A stretch of DNA of 39,287 bases from a bacterium (GCA_046484135.1 JAWOBU010000131.1:1-39287), one strand, 5' to 3'. Shown: positions 27,080-35,898, numbered from the stretch's first letter. Notes: generated by a model not told the origin, from the sequence alone. Program-made: numbers and translations.

Positions 27080-28531
27080 TTATTTTTCGGCAGTGTCTCC
27101 GCTTGCACTGCCGCCCCAGTAGCCCAGCGACTTGAGCTTGCGGACCGTCTCCGGGTCCGGCTCTGCCGGAGTGGGTTTGTCCGAGTGCAACACCTTGTAA
27201 AGGTCGTCGGCTATCTTCTCCACCTGGTTCTGCAAGCCCTCCGGAAGCTCTTGTTCTCCGAAAACGTTGGCGGTCTCTTCCGGGTCCTCCTCAAGGTTGT
27301 AAACCCGAACCCGGCCCGTGTCCCGGTTCACGATCATCTTATAGCCCTCGTTGTAGATGCACTGTCTCTCTTCCCCGTAAAGCATGTTCATGGACACGAC
27401 CTGGTGGGGAGGAACCCATAACTTTCCGCCCTTGGGATAGAGGCTGACTCCTTCGAGGCCCATGGGCGGCCGCCACCGGAAGTACTCGGCCAGGGTGGGA
27501 AAGATGTCCAACAGGGAAACGTACTCTTCCACCGTTTTTCCCGAGAACTTCCCTCCCGGCAGCTTCATGACAAGCGGAACCTGGATGACCTCCCGGTGGA
27601 GGCTATGGCCGTGTTCGAACCCGCCGTGCTCCCAGAACTCCTCGCCGTGGTCCGAGGTTACGATCACAAAAGAGTTATCATATAACCCCTTCTTTTTAAG
27701 ATGGTCTATGAACAGGCCCAACTGTTTGTCGGTGGCCACAACCTCGCCGTCGTAGGCCCCCCGGATAAATTCTTTGTCTGCAGCGCTCAAACCGGCCTCC
27801 CCGGCCCGGACCTTGCCCAGCTCGGGGTTGTAGGGAAGCGAAAGAGGGCCATCGTAATCCGCGATGTACGGCGCGGCATAGCTCGGTGGCGGATCATAGG
27901 CGAGATGCGGGTCGAAGAAATGAAGGACCATAAAGTAAGGGCCCTCCGGGTTCCGCTTCAGCCAGAGAGCGGCGTCCCTTATCACCTCGCCCGCTTCTCT
28001 GATCTCCAGCTCGTCGCCCCCCACGTAGTCATAGGTGTCAAATCCCTTGTTCATTCCGAAATCGGGATGGGTGTAGGGGTTGTTAAAGAAACCCGCCGTC
28101 TTGAAGCCGTGCTGCTGGAAGGTTTCCGCCATGCTGGAAATCCCCGGCTTCATCCTGGACATGCCTTTTTCCTCGTCGCGGGGCCATTCCAGTTGGTGCG
28201 GCAGTCCGGCTTGGTGCCGATAAGGGATGACCCCCGTCAATATGCCGGCGATGGACGGAAGGGTCCACGGAGACGCGCTCACCGCGTTCTTGAACATAAC
28301 ACCGTCGTCAGCCAGTCGGTCCAGGTGATAGGTGGTTGATCTTTCGTAACCGTAGCAGCTCACGTGCCCGGCCGGCAGGGTGTCTATGATGATCAGGAAC
28401 ACCGAGGTCTCGGGCTCTTTCTCCGGCAACAGCTTGACAGCCACCGCCGCTGCCACTGCCACCGCCAGCACCGCCGCAATTACGGCTATAACCTTGCCCC
28501 TTCCGAGGCGGCTTACCCATTCTTTTCTCAT
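27080..28531 (-). CDS. Membrane-anchored/exported sulfatase-fold protein with Thr at the nucleophile position
   Basis: N-terminal TM, LIIIDTL, PWTLPSIAGILTG, FDPHLAY, SDHGEEFWEHG, C-terminal RKLKSLGY. Confidence 0.85.
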   Translation of the reverse strand: MRKEWVSRLGRGKVIAVIAAVLAVAVAAAVAVKLLPEKEPETSVFLIIIDTLPAGHVSCYGYERSTTYHLDRLADDGVMFKNAVSASPWTLPSIAGILTGVIPYRHQAGLPHQLEWPRDEEKGMSRMKPGISSMAETFQQHGFKTAGFFNNPYTHPDFGMNKGFDTYDYVGGDELEIREAGEVIRDAALWLKRNPEGPYFMVLHFFDPHLAYDPPPSYAAPYIADYDGPLSLPYNPELGKVRAGEAGLSAADKEFIRGAYDGEVVATDKQLGLFIDHLKKKGLYDNSFVIVTSDHGEEFWEHGGFEHGHSLHREVIQVPLVMKLPGGKFSGKTVEEYVSLLDIFPTLAEYFRWRPPMGLEGVSLYPKGGKLWVPPHQVVSMNMLYGEERQCIYNEGYKMIVNRDTGRVRVYNLEEDPEETANVFGEQELPEGLQNQVEKIADDLYKVLHSDKPTPAEPDPETVRKLKSLGYWGGSASGDTAEK

Positions 28532-29112
28532 AACGAAATAAGGACTCCTTCCTTGATAATGCCGGCAGGGGCATACTCCCGGAGCGCCGTAACCAATTCA
28601 CTCGTTTCGGGAGAGATGCAAACCTCGCTTTTATCAGGATAGCTGAAAACGCGCCCCGGCTTCAACAAGCGGGGCTCCGGAAGCTCATCCTTTTTTTCCA
28701 TGAAACGCATCATCGCCTGGATGTAGCCGCGGCTCGTCCGGATCAGCACGTCCGCGGTCCGGTTGCTGGAAGGACGGTCCGCTATCCGGATTTCCTCCAC
28801 TTCCTCCCAGGAAACCTCGATCAGGCCGCTCACCGTCCGGGACTTTATACCTTCCTCGCTGACGGAAAACCAGGTGTGGTCCGCGTGCGCGCGCCGGTTG
28901 CGTTTCAGCATGTAATAGGTGATCCCCATGCCGGCCACCAGGACAGAGGCCATAATAAGGTAATCGCCCAGCTTGGATAAAGGGGCGCCGGAGAAGTACC
29001 AGAACGTGAAAAGGCCCACCAGGCCGCATCCGAAAAGGAACATCATCAGCGCCACCTGAAAACTCTCCACCTCCCGGGAGTGCATCAGCGGGTCTACAAA
29101 TACCTTCTCCAT
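28528..29112 (-). CDS. Hypothetical membrane protein (2 TM + PH-like domain)
   Basis: Two hydrophobic helices, then VSEEGI...VSWEEV. Overlaps neighbours on both sides. Confidence 0.65.
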   Translation of the reverse strand: MEKVFVDPLMHSREVESFQVALMMFLFGCGLVGLFTFWYFSGAPLSKLGDYLIMASVLVAGMGITYYMLKRNRRAHADHTWFSVSEEGIKSRTVSGLIEVSWEEVEEIRIADRPSSNRTADVLIRTSRGYIQAMMRFMEKKDELPEPRLLKPGRVFSYPDKSEVCISPETSELVTALREYAPAGIIKEGVLISL

Positions 29113-29558
29113 TACCCGCCGACCCGCTCGAAGCCGACCAGGTCCAGGATATGGCCGCTCCTCTCTTCGGCAAACACCGCCCGGACCCGGTCGCCCGGCT
29201 TCAGGCCTTCGGGTTTATCCAGGACAAGATGAGTAAGCGCGGTGTCCGCGCCGTCCGGCTTGATAAGGCCCAGCACCAGAGGAGTTCGGGGATGGACGTC
29301 CTCGTGATAGGAAACCTTGGTGAAGCTCGCGAGAACACCCTCCGGACCGACTTCCACCCATTCCGAAAGAGAAAGGAAGCAACGGCCGCACACGCTCCGG
29401 GGCGGGCAGTACACCGTGTTGCAGCTTTCGCACTTTATTCCGTAAATCCTCTGTTCGTCCCGGAGCCCCAGCAGGAACCGGCTCGCCACCGGCCCGGCCG
29501 AGTAGTTGTAAGGCACCTGGAGCACCTGCTCGCTCGTTAGTATTTCCTCTTCCGGCAT
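29112..29558 (-). CDS. DUF35 (Zn-ribbon + OB-fold) acyl-CoA-binding protein
   Basis: KCESCNTVYCPPRSVCGRC, WVEVGPEG, GLIKPDGADT, GDRVRAVF. Confidence 0.9.
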   Translation of the reverse strand: MPEEEILTSEQVLQVPYNYSAGPVASRFLLGLRDEQRIYGIKCESCNTVYCPPRSVCGRCFLSLSEWVEVGPEGVLASFTKVSYHEDVHPRTPLVLGLIKPDGADTALTHLVLDKPEGLKPGDRVRAVFAEERSGHILDLVGFERVGG

Positions 29559-29629
29559 TCGCTCATTCCCTTCTTGCAAAGCAGTCATTTATTTACATGA
29601 AAGTAACCGTAGATATGCAAGCTGCTTAC

Positions 29630-29651
29630 GTGCGAGCGACTTTAGTCGCGA
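29630..29651 (+). repeat. REP, GTGC-foot family (consensus copy)
   Basis: Exact GTGCGAGCGACTTTAGTCGCGA between the two DUF35 genes. Confidence 0.9.
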
Positions 29652-29705
29652 CAAACTTCCACCTTTAAGAACATCCGTCTGCAACACTATTTCCATTATT
29701 GCTCG

Positions 29706-30167
29706 TCACTCCTCCATCGGCCGGAAATGGACGAGGTCCGAGAAGTTGCCAAAACGCTCTTCGGCAAACACCGCGGTAACCCGCATTCCCACCCGGAGCT
29801 TCGCCGGGTCGCTCTCCGAGATGAAGTGCTGGAGACGCGAGTCAGCCTTGTCAAGTTTCACCATGCCGTAACCATAGGGCACCGGCCGCTTCTTGCCGGT
29901 CATGGGGTCCAGGAAGGAGAAGTAGACCACCGTATAGGCCACCAGGGTCCCGGCAGGTCCCACTTCCACCCACTCGGAGGTCGGCTTGAAACAAGGACCG
30001 CACACCGGCCGGGGAGGGATATACACCTTGCCGCAGGAGGGGCACCTCCTGCCGAAGATGCGCTTTTCATCCCGCAGCATCCTAAAGAAAAAGCTCGGGA
30101 TGGTACCCATCGAGTAGCTGTAGGGAAAGCGCGAGTCAATCTTTACGTCCAAAAGCTCCTCGTCCAT
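29706..30167 (-). CDS. DUF35 (Zn-ribbon + OB-fold) protein, second paralog
   Basis: RCPSCGKVYIPPRPVCGPC, WVEVGPAG, VPYGYGMVKLD, VGMRVTAVF. SD GGAG before ATG 30167. Confidence 0.9.
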   Translation of the reverse strand: MDEELLDVKIDSRFPYSYSMGTIPSFFFRMLRDEKRIFGRRCPSCGKVYIPPRPVCGPCFKPTSEWVEVGPAGTLVAYTVVYFSFLDPMTGKKRPVPYGYGMVKLDKADSRLQHFISESDPAKLRVGMRVTAVFAEERFGNFSDLVHFRPMEE

Positions 30168-30192
30168 AACAGCTCCGGTGAAAGCATAAAGC

Positions 30193-30702
30193 TCAAAGGT
30201 CCAGTCGAACGCCGCCGCCCACGGCAAACCCTATATCCCAATCGCCGAGCTTGGCTTCGGGGCTTACGGCGTAAAGCTCCCCGTTCAAAAAGATGTTCTC
30301 CCGCAAAAAGAAGAGAGTGCCGCCGCCTATGGCTAAACCGAAGGCGTCTTCTCTTCCAGAGACCCGACCGCCGAGAACCGCTAGGCGCGGCTCGAAACGT
30401 TCATCCCTTTCAAAAGGAAGATAAAAGCGGGCGCCTCCTACCGCGCGAAAACCGTTTCCAAATCCTACGCCCACAGTTGCCGCGAGCTGGTCCGTAAAGC
30501 GCAGGTCCGCGCTCACTCCCGCGCCGCCATACGGCACGCCGTAACCCCCGCCCGCGTCCAGTATCCAGCTCCGCGAGCCGAGCTCCAGCCTTGTTCCCTT
30601 TTCCTGCTCCGTTTTAGGCGTCTCTTGAGCAAAAGCCCCACTCGAGACCATCAAAACGGCCAGAAATGTCAATGCTGACGCCCCCTTTTTCAACTTCTTC
30701 AT
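30193..30702 (-). CDS. Small outer-membrane beta-barrel protein
   Basis: Signal peptide ending SSGAFA; Gly/aromatic amphipathic strands; C-terminal GGGVRLDL. Confidence 0.7.
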   Translation of the reverse strand: MKKLKKGASALTFLAVLMVSSGAFAQETPKTEQEKGTRLELGSRSWILDAGGGYGVPYGGAGVSADLRFTDQLAATVGVGFGNGFRAVGGARFYLPFERDERFEPRLAVLGGRVSGREDAFGLAIGGGTLFFLRENIFLNGELYAVSPEAKLGDWDIGFAVGGGVRLDL

Positions 30703-30757
30703 CTTTTCGCACCTCCGTTTAAACCGGGCTGTCCGTTCTTATAAGTTCCTGAACGGC

Positions 30758-31912
30758 TTATTCACTCCCCAGAATGGTCAGCTCCGTCCACCAACTGCCG
30801 CCGAATCCGCTTGCCAGCGCCGTCCCGGCCTCAGGCACCTGGCGGTCGCCGGCTTTTCCCATGACCTGCATGGCCGCTTCCGCCACCCGGATCATGGCGG
30901 TGGCACCTATACAATTGGTGGAGATAACGCCTCCGGACGGGTTCACCGGAAGGTCCCCCGAAAGACCGGTGGCCCCGCTCTCAGCCAGCTTGCCGCCTCC
31001 TCCCTCCTCGCAGAAGCCGAGCGCCTCGTACCAGGAGAGCTCGGCAAAGCTGCACGGCTCGTAAAGCTCGGCCACGTCCAGCTCTTTTCGGGGATCAGTT
31101 ATCCCTGCCTGGCTGTAGGCCTCGCGGGCCGCGTGGGTCAGGCTTCGCATTCCCATGAGCATGGGCAGGTCGGAGTTGAAAGGCTGGTCGTGCCGGGTGG
31201 CCAGTGCTTTGAACCACGCCGGCCGGTTGGGACTTTTCTTTTTGGCGGTCTCTTCCGAGGCCACGATCATGGCGCAGGCCCCGTCCGAGGTCGGACACAT
31301 GTCCAGAAGCTTTACAGGCCAGGCCAGCACCCTCGAGCCGAGAACGTCCTCCACGGTGATCTCTTTCCTGAGGTGCGCGTAAGGGTTCAGACAGGCGTTT
31401 CCGCGGTTTTTGACGGACACCATGGCCGCCTGCTCCTCGGTGATGCCGTAGGCGGCCATGTACTCGGAGGCCGCCAGCGCAAAGGTGCCGATGGCCCCCG
31501 CCATGTTGAACCGCTCGAATAACGGATCGGACTGGAAGATAAGTCCAGCGGTGGTGTCCCCGTCCGACTGCTTCTCCCAGGCTATGCACAGGACGGTGTC
31601 AAAAGCGCCGGAGGCGGCGTGGTAGTAGCCCGCATGCGCCACTGACGCCCCGGTGGTCCCGCCGGTGGTTACCATCATCATGTGTTTGCCGAGCGCGCCC
31701 ATGGTGTCCACCGACCAGAGGTTCGGGTTGTACACCCCCTCGAAGTGCTCCATGTTGCCGATCACCACAGCGTCAATGTCCGCGGGCGTCATGTCCGCGT
31801 CCTGCAGGCACTCGGCCACCGCCTCGTTTACAAGCTCGGTGATGTTCACGTCCCTGCGCTTGGACACGTGCCGCGTCTGCCCGGTGGCTATTATGGCCGC
31901 TCGGTTTGACAT
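30758..31912 (-). CDS. SCPx-type thiolase-fold protein, Ltp3-like (putative aldolase)
   Basis: EHFEGV, TTGGTTG (no catalytic Cys), EKQSD, NPYAH, CPTSDGACA, AELYEP, VNPSGG. Confidence 0.8.
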   Translation of the reverse strand: MSNRAAIIATGQTRHVSKRRDVNITELVNEAVAECLQDADMTPADIDAVVIGNMEHFEGVYNPNLWSVDTMGALGKHMMMVTTGGTTGASVAHAGYYHAASGAFDTVLCIAWEKQSDGDTTAGLIFQSDPLFERFNMAGAIGTFALAASEYMAAYGITEEQAAMVSVKNRGNACLNPYAHLRKEITVEDVLGSRVLAWPVKLLDMCPTSDGACAMIVASEETAKKKSPNRPAWFKALATRHDQPFNSDLPMLMGMRSLTHAAREAYSQAGITDPRKELDVAELYEPCSFAELSWYEALGFCEEGGGGKLAESGATGLSGDLPVNPSGGVISTNCIGATAMIRVAEAAMQVMGKAGDRQVPEAGTALASGFGGSWWTELTILGSE

Positions 31913-31935
31913 TTAAACCCGTTCCCTTTGCACCT

Positions 31936-33078
31936 TCACGTCCCCAGCACCAGCACGCACTGGCTTTGTCCGGCGGGCCCCCAGCTTCCGTGGGCCACCG
32001 CTTTGTTCGTCTCTCGCGCCTGGCACGGTCCTGCTTCTCCTTTAAGCTGGCGGGCGCACTCGATCACGCGGGTCAGGCCGGCAACGCAAAGCGGGTTCCC
32101 GCCCAGCACGCCGCCGGAAGGGTTTACCGGAAGGTCCCCGTCCCGGAGCGCCGAACCGTTACGATACAGCTTATAGGCCTCTCCTGCGTCAGCCAGTCCC
32201 ATGGCTTCCAGGGTCATCAATGATTGGTGCGCAAAGTAATCGGTAAGCTCGACCAGGCCGACATCTTTTTTGGGGTCGGAAATATCCGCCAGCCCGAAGG
32301 CCCGTGCCGTGGCCTCTTCAAGCGCGGGCAGTCGCGAAAGCGAGCGGTCGCCCAGGAAAAAGGCGTCGGTGCTGATGCCGAACCCCTCGATCCAGACCGG
32401 GCTTTGCGAGCGCTCGCGCGCCGTTTTTTCGTCCGCCAGCACCAGGGCGCAGGCGCCGTCAGTTATGGGATGGGCCATAAGCTTGCGCACCGGTGTCGCG
32501 AGCATGGGGCTTTCCATGACCTTGTCAACGGTGCATTCGATGTGCCGGTGGACCATGGGGTTGGAAAGGGCATTGCCGAGGGAAGCGGAGGCCGGCACCG
32601 CCATGACATCTTCACTAAGACCGTGGCGGTCCAAGTATGCCCGGGCCTGGAGCGCTGCCGCGGACACTTCGTCCAGGCCGAGGTGTCGCTGGAAGAGGGG
32701 GTCGAACATTGCGTTGGCGATCACGTTCTGGTTGCCTTCGCTCATCTTGGAGTGGGCGAGCACCAGGGTGGTCCGGTACTTGCCGGACATGATCCGAAGC
32801 GCGCCGTACAGGGCGGCCTGGGCGCCGTCAGAGGCCACCTTGGCTTCCGACTTCAAGTAAGCCCCCTCCGCCTCCGGAATGGTCCGGTTGGAGATGGTCC
32901 GGCCGTCCAGGAAGTCCTGGGAACACGACACCACGTTGTCTATATCTTTGATCTCCATGCCGGCGTCATCCAGGGCCGCCCGGACGGCGTCGTAGACAAG
33001 CTCGGTGATGTGCCTTGAGTTGTGCTTCGGAAGGTAGGGGGTCTGGGCCGTGCCGATTATGCCGGTGCGGGCGATCAT
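31936..33078 (-). CDS. SCPx-type thiolase-fold protein, Ltp4-like
   Basis: SQDFLDGR, KVASDGA (no catalytic Cys), PITDGA, VNPSGG.L.GNP..AGL.R, AHGSWGPAGQ. SD AAAGGAG before ATG 33078. Confidence 0.8.
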   Translation of the reverse strand: MIARTGIIGTAQTPYLPKHNSRHITELVYDAVRAALDDAGMEIKDIDNVVSCSQDFLDGRTISNRTIPEAEGAYLKSEAKVASDGAQAALYGALRIMSGKYRTTLVLAHSKMSEGNQNVIANAMFDPLFQRHLGLDEVSAAALQARAYLDRHGLSEDVMAVPASASLGNALSNPMVHRHIECTVDKVMESPMLATPVRKLMAHPITDGACALVLADEKTARERSQSPVWIEGFGISTDAFFLGDRSLSRLPALEEATARAFGLADISDPKKDVGLVELTDYFAHQSLMTLEAMGLADAGEAYKLYRNGSALRDGDLPVNPSGGVLGGNPLCVAGLTRVIECARQLKGEAGPCQARETNKAVAHGSWGPAGQSQCVLVLGT

Positions 33079-33131
33079 GTAAGCGTCTCCTTTAAGTGCT
33101 CTCTCATGATAGGGTGTCAACAAGAAAAAAT

Positions 33132-33169
33132 GTGCGAGCGATTTTAATCGCGACTGGTCCCGCTCGTAC
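33132..33169. repeat. GTGC-foot REP (33132-33153) fused to a degenerate inverted REP sharing the TCGCGA end
   Basis: GTGCGAGCGATTTTAATCGCGA (compensatory C-G to T-A), then CTGGTCCCGCTCGTAC. Confidence 0.8.
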
Positions 33170-33233
33170 TGTAGTCGCCATATCCATGCGCCAGGGCATC
33201 AAAAAGTATTATGTGGGTTTGGGGCACGGCAAG

Positions 33234-33851
33234 TCAAGGAAGCTCGGGTTTTGGGAAACCCATACACTTACATAAAAACTGTACGATGATCCTGGCTGTT
33301 GCTCCCCATACCACGTTTTCCGGGAAGTGGAAGAAGTGTACGGGGTAGGCCACTCCGTCCCAGTCATAGGCTTTAGTGGTCAATCTTTCCGGTTCCATGA
33401 ACTCCCGGAGCGGAAATATGAGCACCTCCTCGATCTCGCGCGGGTCCGCTTTCAGCTCGACGCCGGCGGGAACGACGCCGACATAGGGCCGGACCCGGAA
33501 GCCGGTGATAGTGATGATGTCGTCCAAGCGCCCTAGCACGTTGACCTGATCGGGCGAAATGCCCACTTCCTCCTCGGTCTCGCGCAGGGCGGTAAACATG
33601 AGGTGCGGGTCTCCGGGTTCCCGGTGTCCTCCCGGAAAGGATATCTCTCCCTTGTGATGCTTGAGCCTCTGAGTGCGGCGGGTCAGTAAAAGGTCCCATC
33701 CCTTGTTGCCGTACAAAAGCGGGACCAGCACCGCTGCAATCTTGTAGCCTTCCGGCTCGATCCGCACCGGCGCGTTTTTCGACAGACACTCCTTTATCGC
33801 TTCCTCGTCCGGCTCTCTTTGCACCTCGCCTTGCTTGTCGCCAGCGTCCAT
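33234..33851 (-). CDS. nudL: CoA pyrophosphatase (Nudix, NudL/YeaB type)
   Basis: AAVLVPL, LLTRR..L.HHKGEISFPGG, ALRETEEEVGI, VWGATA. Confidence 0.9.
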   Translation of the reverse strand: MDAGDKQGEVQREPDEEAIKECLSKNAPVRIEPEGYKIAAVLVPLLYGNKGWDLLLTRRTQRLKHHKGEISFPGGHREPGDPHLMFTALRETEEEVGISPDQVNVLGRLDDIITITGFRVRPYVGVVPAGVELKADPREIEEVLIFPLREFMEPERLTTKAYDWDGVAYPVHFFHFPENVVWGATARIIVQFLCKCMGFPKPELP

Positions 33852-33869
33852 ATGCGGTCCGAACCTTCC

Positions 33870-34661
33870 CTACTTCTTCTGCGCCTTGCCGGTCATGGGA
33901 ACAAACCGGACCGGCAGGAGCTTTTCTCTTTCCGTGCCTTCCTCGGTCTTCCGGATTCTCATAAGCTCCTGGCCGTACTCGCCGACCGGGATCACCATGG
34001 CACCGCCTGTTGCAAGCTGGTCCACCAGCGGCTGCGGCACGTGGCCGGGTGCCGCGGTTACGATCACGGCGTCGAAAGGCGCGTGCTCCGGCCATCCTTT
34101 ATATCCGTCCGCGCACCTGGTATGGACATTATCATAGCCGAGCCTCTCGAGTGTCCTGGCCGCCCTTTTCTCGAGCTCGCAGATGATCTCGATGGAGTAG
34201 ACCTCGTCCGCTATCTCGGCCAGTACCGCGGCCTGGTAGCCGGAGCCGGTGCCGATCTCGAGCACCTTGTCGCCGGGCTTGGTTTGGAGGGCCTCGGTCA
34301 TGTAGGCCACTATGTAAGGCTGGCTGATGGTCTGGTCGAACCCGATGGGAAGCGGCCGGTCCTGGTAGGCGTACTTTCTCATGTCCTCGGGTACGAACTT
34401 GTGGCGGGGCACTTCCAGCATGGCTTGGAGGACCCGTTCGTCTTCCACCCCGCGTCTTTTTATCTGGCTGTCCACCATTCTTTGACGGCGCACTCGGTAA
34501 TCCTTTTCCTCCCCCGAAGCTTTTGAAGACTCTCCGGCCGTCCGTTCAACCGCCTCGGCGCTCTCGTCCTTTGCCCGCTTTTTGCATCCTTCGCATCCCG
34601 CGGTAAAAAGGAGCAAACCGGACAACGCCGCCGCCAGAATGTAATGACCTGTCGGTCTCAT
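33870..34661 (-). CDS. pcm: Protein-L-isoaspartate O-methyltransferase with N-terminal lipoprotein signal
   Basis: VPRHKFV, AYQD.PLPIG..QTISQP, VLEIGTGSGYQAA, APFDAVIVTAA, VRFVPM. N-terminal LLLFTAGC. Confidence 0.93.
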   Translation of the reverse strand: MRPTGHYILAAALSGLLLFTAGCEGCKKRAKDESAEAVERTAGESSKASGEEKDYRVRRQRMVDSQIKRRGVEDERVLQAMLEVPRHKFVPEDMRKYAYQDRPLPIGFDQTISQPYIVAYMTEALQTKPGDKVLEIGTGSGYQAAVLAEIADEVYSIEIICELEKRAARTLERLGYDNVHTRCADGYKGWPEHAPFDAVIVTAAPGHVPQPLVDQLATGGAMVIPVGEYGQELMRIRKTEEGTEREKLLPVRFVPMTGKAQKK

Positions 34662-34695
34662 GCAGTCCTCCTTTCAAGCCCCGGCTGTAGAGAAC

Positions 34696-35898
34696 TCAGA
34701 TCAGCCATACCTCGACCTTCTCGCCCGCCGTGAGGCCAGTGCCGGCGCGGGACAGCACTATGCCCGAGGTCTCCGCTATCTCCCGGTGGGTCTTGAGCTC
34801 GGACAGCGGTGAAGCCACGATCTCCTCTTCGGTGTAATCAATGGCCACCCGGACCAGTTGGTCCATGTCCTCCCGGCCGGGAATGTCCTTTTCCAGCCTT
34901 GCGTAGTTTATGGTAAAGGACCAGGCCGGGTCTCCCATGCGGGCGTGGAGCGCGCGGCGGGCCAGGACATGGAACATCATCTCTGCCGCGGACGGTCCGC
35001 CGGGCAGGCATATTACCGGCAGATCGGAAAGCCGGGCAAAGGCCGCGTAATGGCCGGGCCTTACCTTTACTCCCCGGAACAGTATCTCGGCCCCCAGCTC
35101 CTCGAGAGCGCCGATAACCACGTCCCGCTCGCTCTTGCCGGTCCCGCCCAGCGTAATGACCAGGTCGGCCACTGCGCTGTCCGGCATCTCTTCCTGCAAG
35201 TCGTAATGGTCGTCCCCCACCAGGCCCATCCTGACCTCGCCGGCAGCTTCTTTCCGGCACCACGCAAACACGCCCGCGGCCGCGCTCGGAAAAACGTCGC
35301 CCGGATCGAGCGCCCGGCCCGGGTTCTTCAGCTCGTCTCCCACCGCCAGGATGCGTATCCTGGGAGGCCGGACCGTGTTGACCTCCATCCAGCCCGCGGC
35401 AATAAGCAGGGAAATCCAGCCGGGCGTCAGCACCGTTCCCGCCGGGGCCATCATCTCCCCCTTGGAAAACTCTTCCGCTTTCTTTTTGATCAGGTTGCCT
35501 TCCGGCGCCGGAGAAGAAACGGATATCTTTCCCTCCCCCTCTTTTACCTCCTCGTCCGGTACCACGGCGTCGGCCCCCTCCGGTATGACAACGCCCGAGT
35601 AGACTCTTACGCACTCGCCCGCTCCCACGGTATTATCAAACGCCGCTATAAAAGAGGACTTGCCTGCAACGGTGAGCTCGGCCGGGTTGTCCGTACTTGC
35701 CGAGCTTACATCGCGAGAGCGGAGCGCGTATCCGTCCATCCGGGATATGTCCGCGCCGGGCAGGTCCACCCAGGCGCTTATATCTTCGGCCAGCACCAGA
35801 CCGTCCCCCAGCATCAGCTCGACCGGCTCGACCGGAAGCGGCTCCACCGCCTGGTCTATTATCTCCAGCGCCCTCGCCAGGCTCACGTTTTCTTCCAT
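34696..35898 (-). CDS. moeA: Molybdopterin molybdotransferase MoeA-family protein (divergent)
   Basis: LAEDI, S.MDGYA, IPEGADAVV..E, GDEL, GG.G....D, V.VRPG, LPGGP. SD AAAGGAG before ATG 35898. Confidence 0.8.
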   Translation of the reverse strand: MEENVSLARALEIIDQAVEPLPVEPVELMLGDGLVLAEDISAWVDLPGADISRMDGYALRSRDVSSASTDNPAELTVAGKSSFIAAFDNTVGAGECVRVYSGVVIPEGADAVVPDEEVKEGEGKISVSSPAPEGNLIKKKAEEFSKGEMMAPAGTVLTPGWISLLIAAGWMEVNTVRPPRIRILAVGDELKNPGRALDPGDVFPSAAAGVFAWCRKEAAGEVRMGLVGDDHYDLQEEMPDSAVADLVITLGGTGKSERDVVIGALEELGAEILFRGVKVRPGHYAAFARLSDLPVICLPGGPSAAEMMFHVLARRALHARMGDPAWSFTINYARLEKDIPGREDMDQLVRVAIDYTEEEIVASPLSELKTHREIAETSGIVLSRAGTGLTAGEKVEVWLI

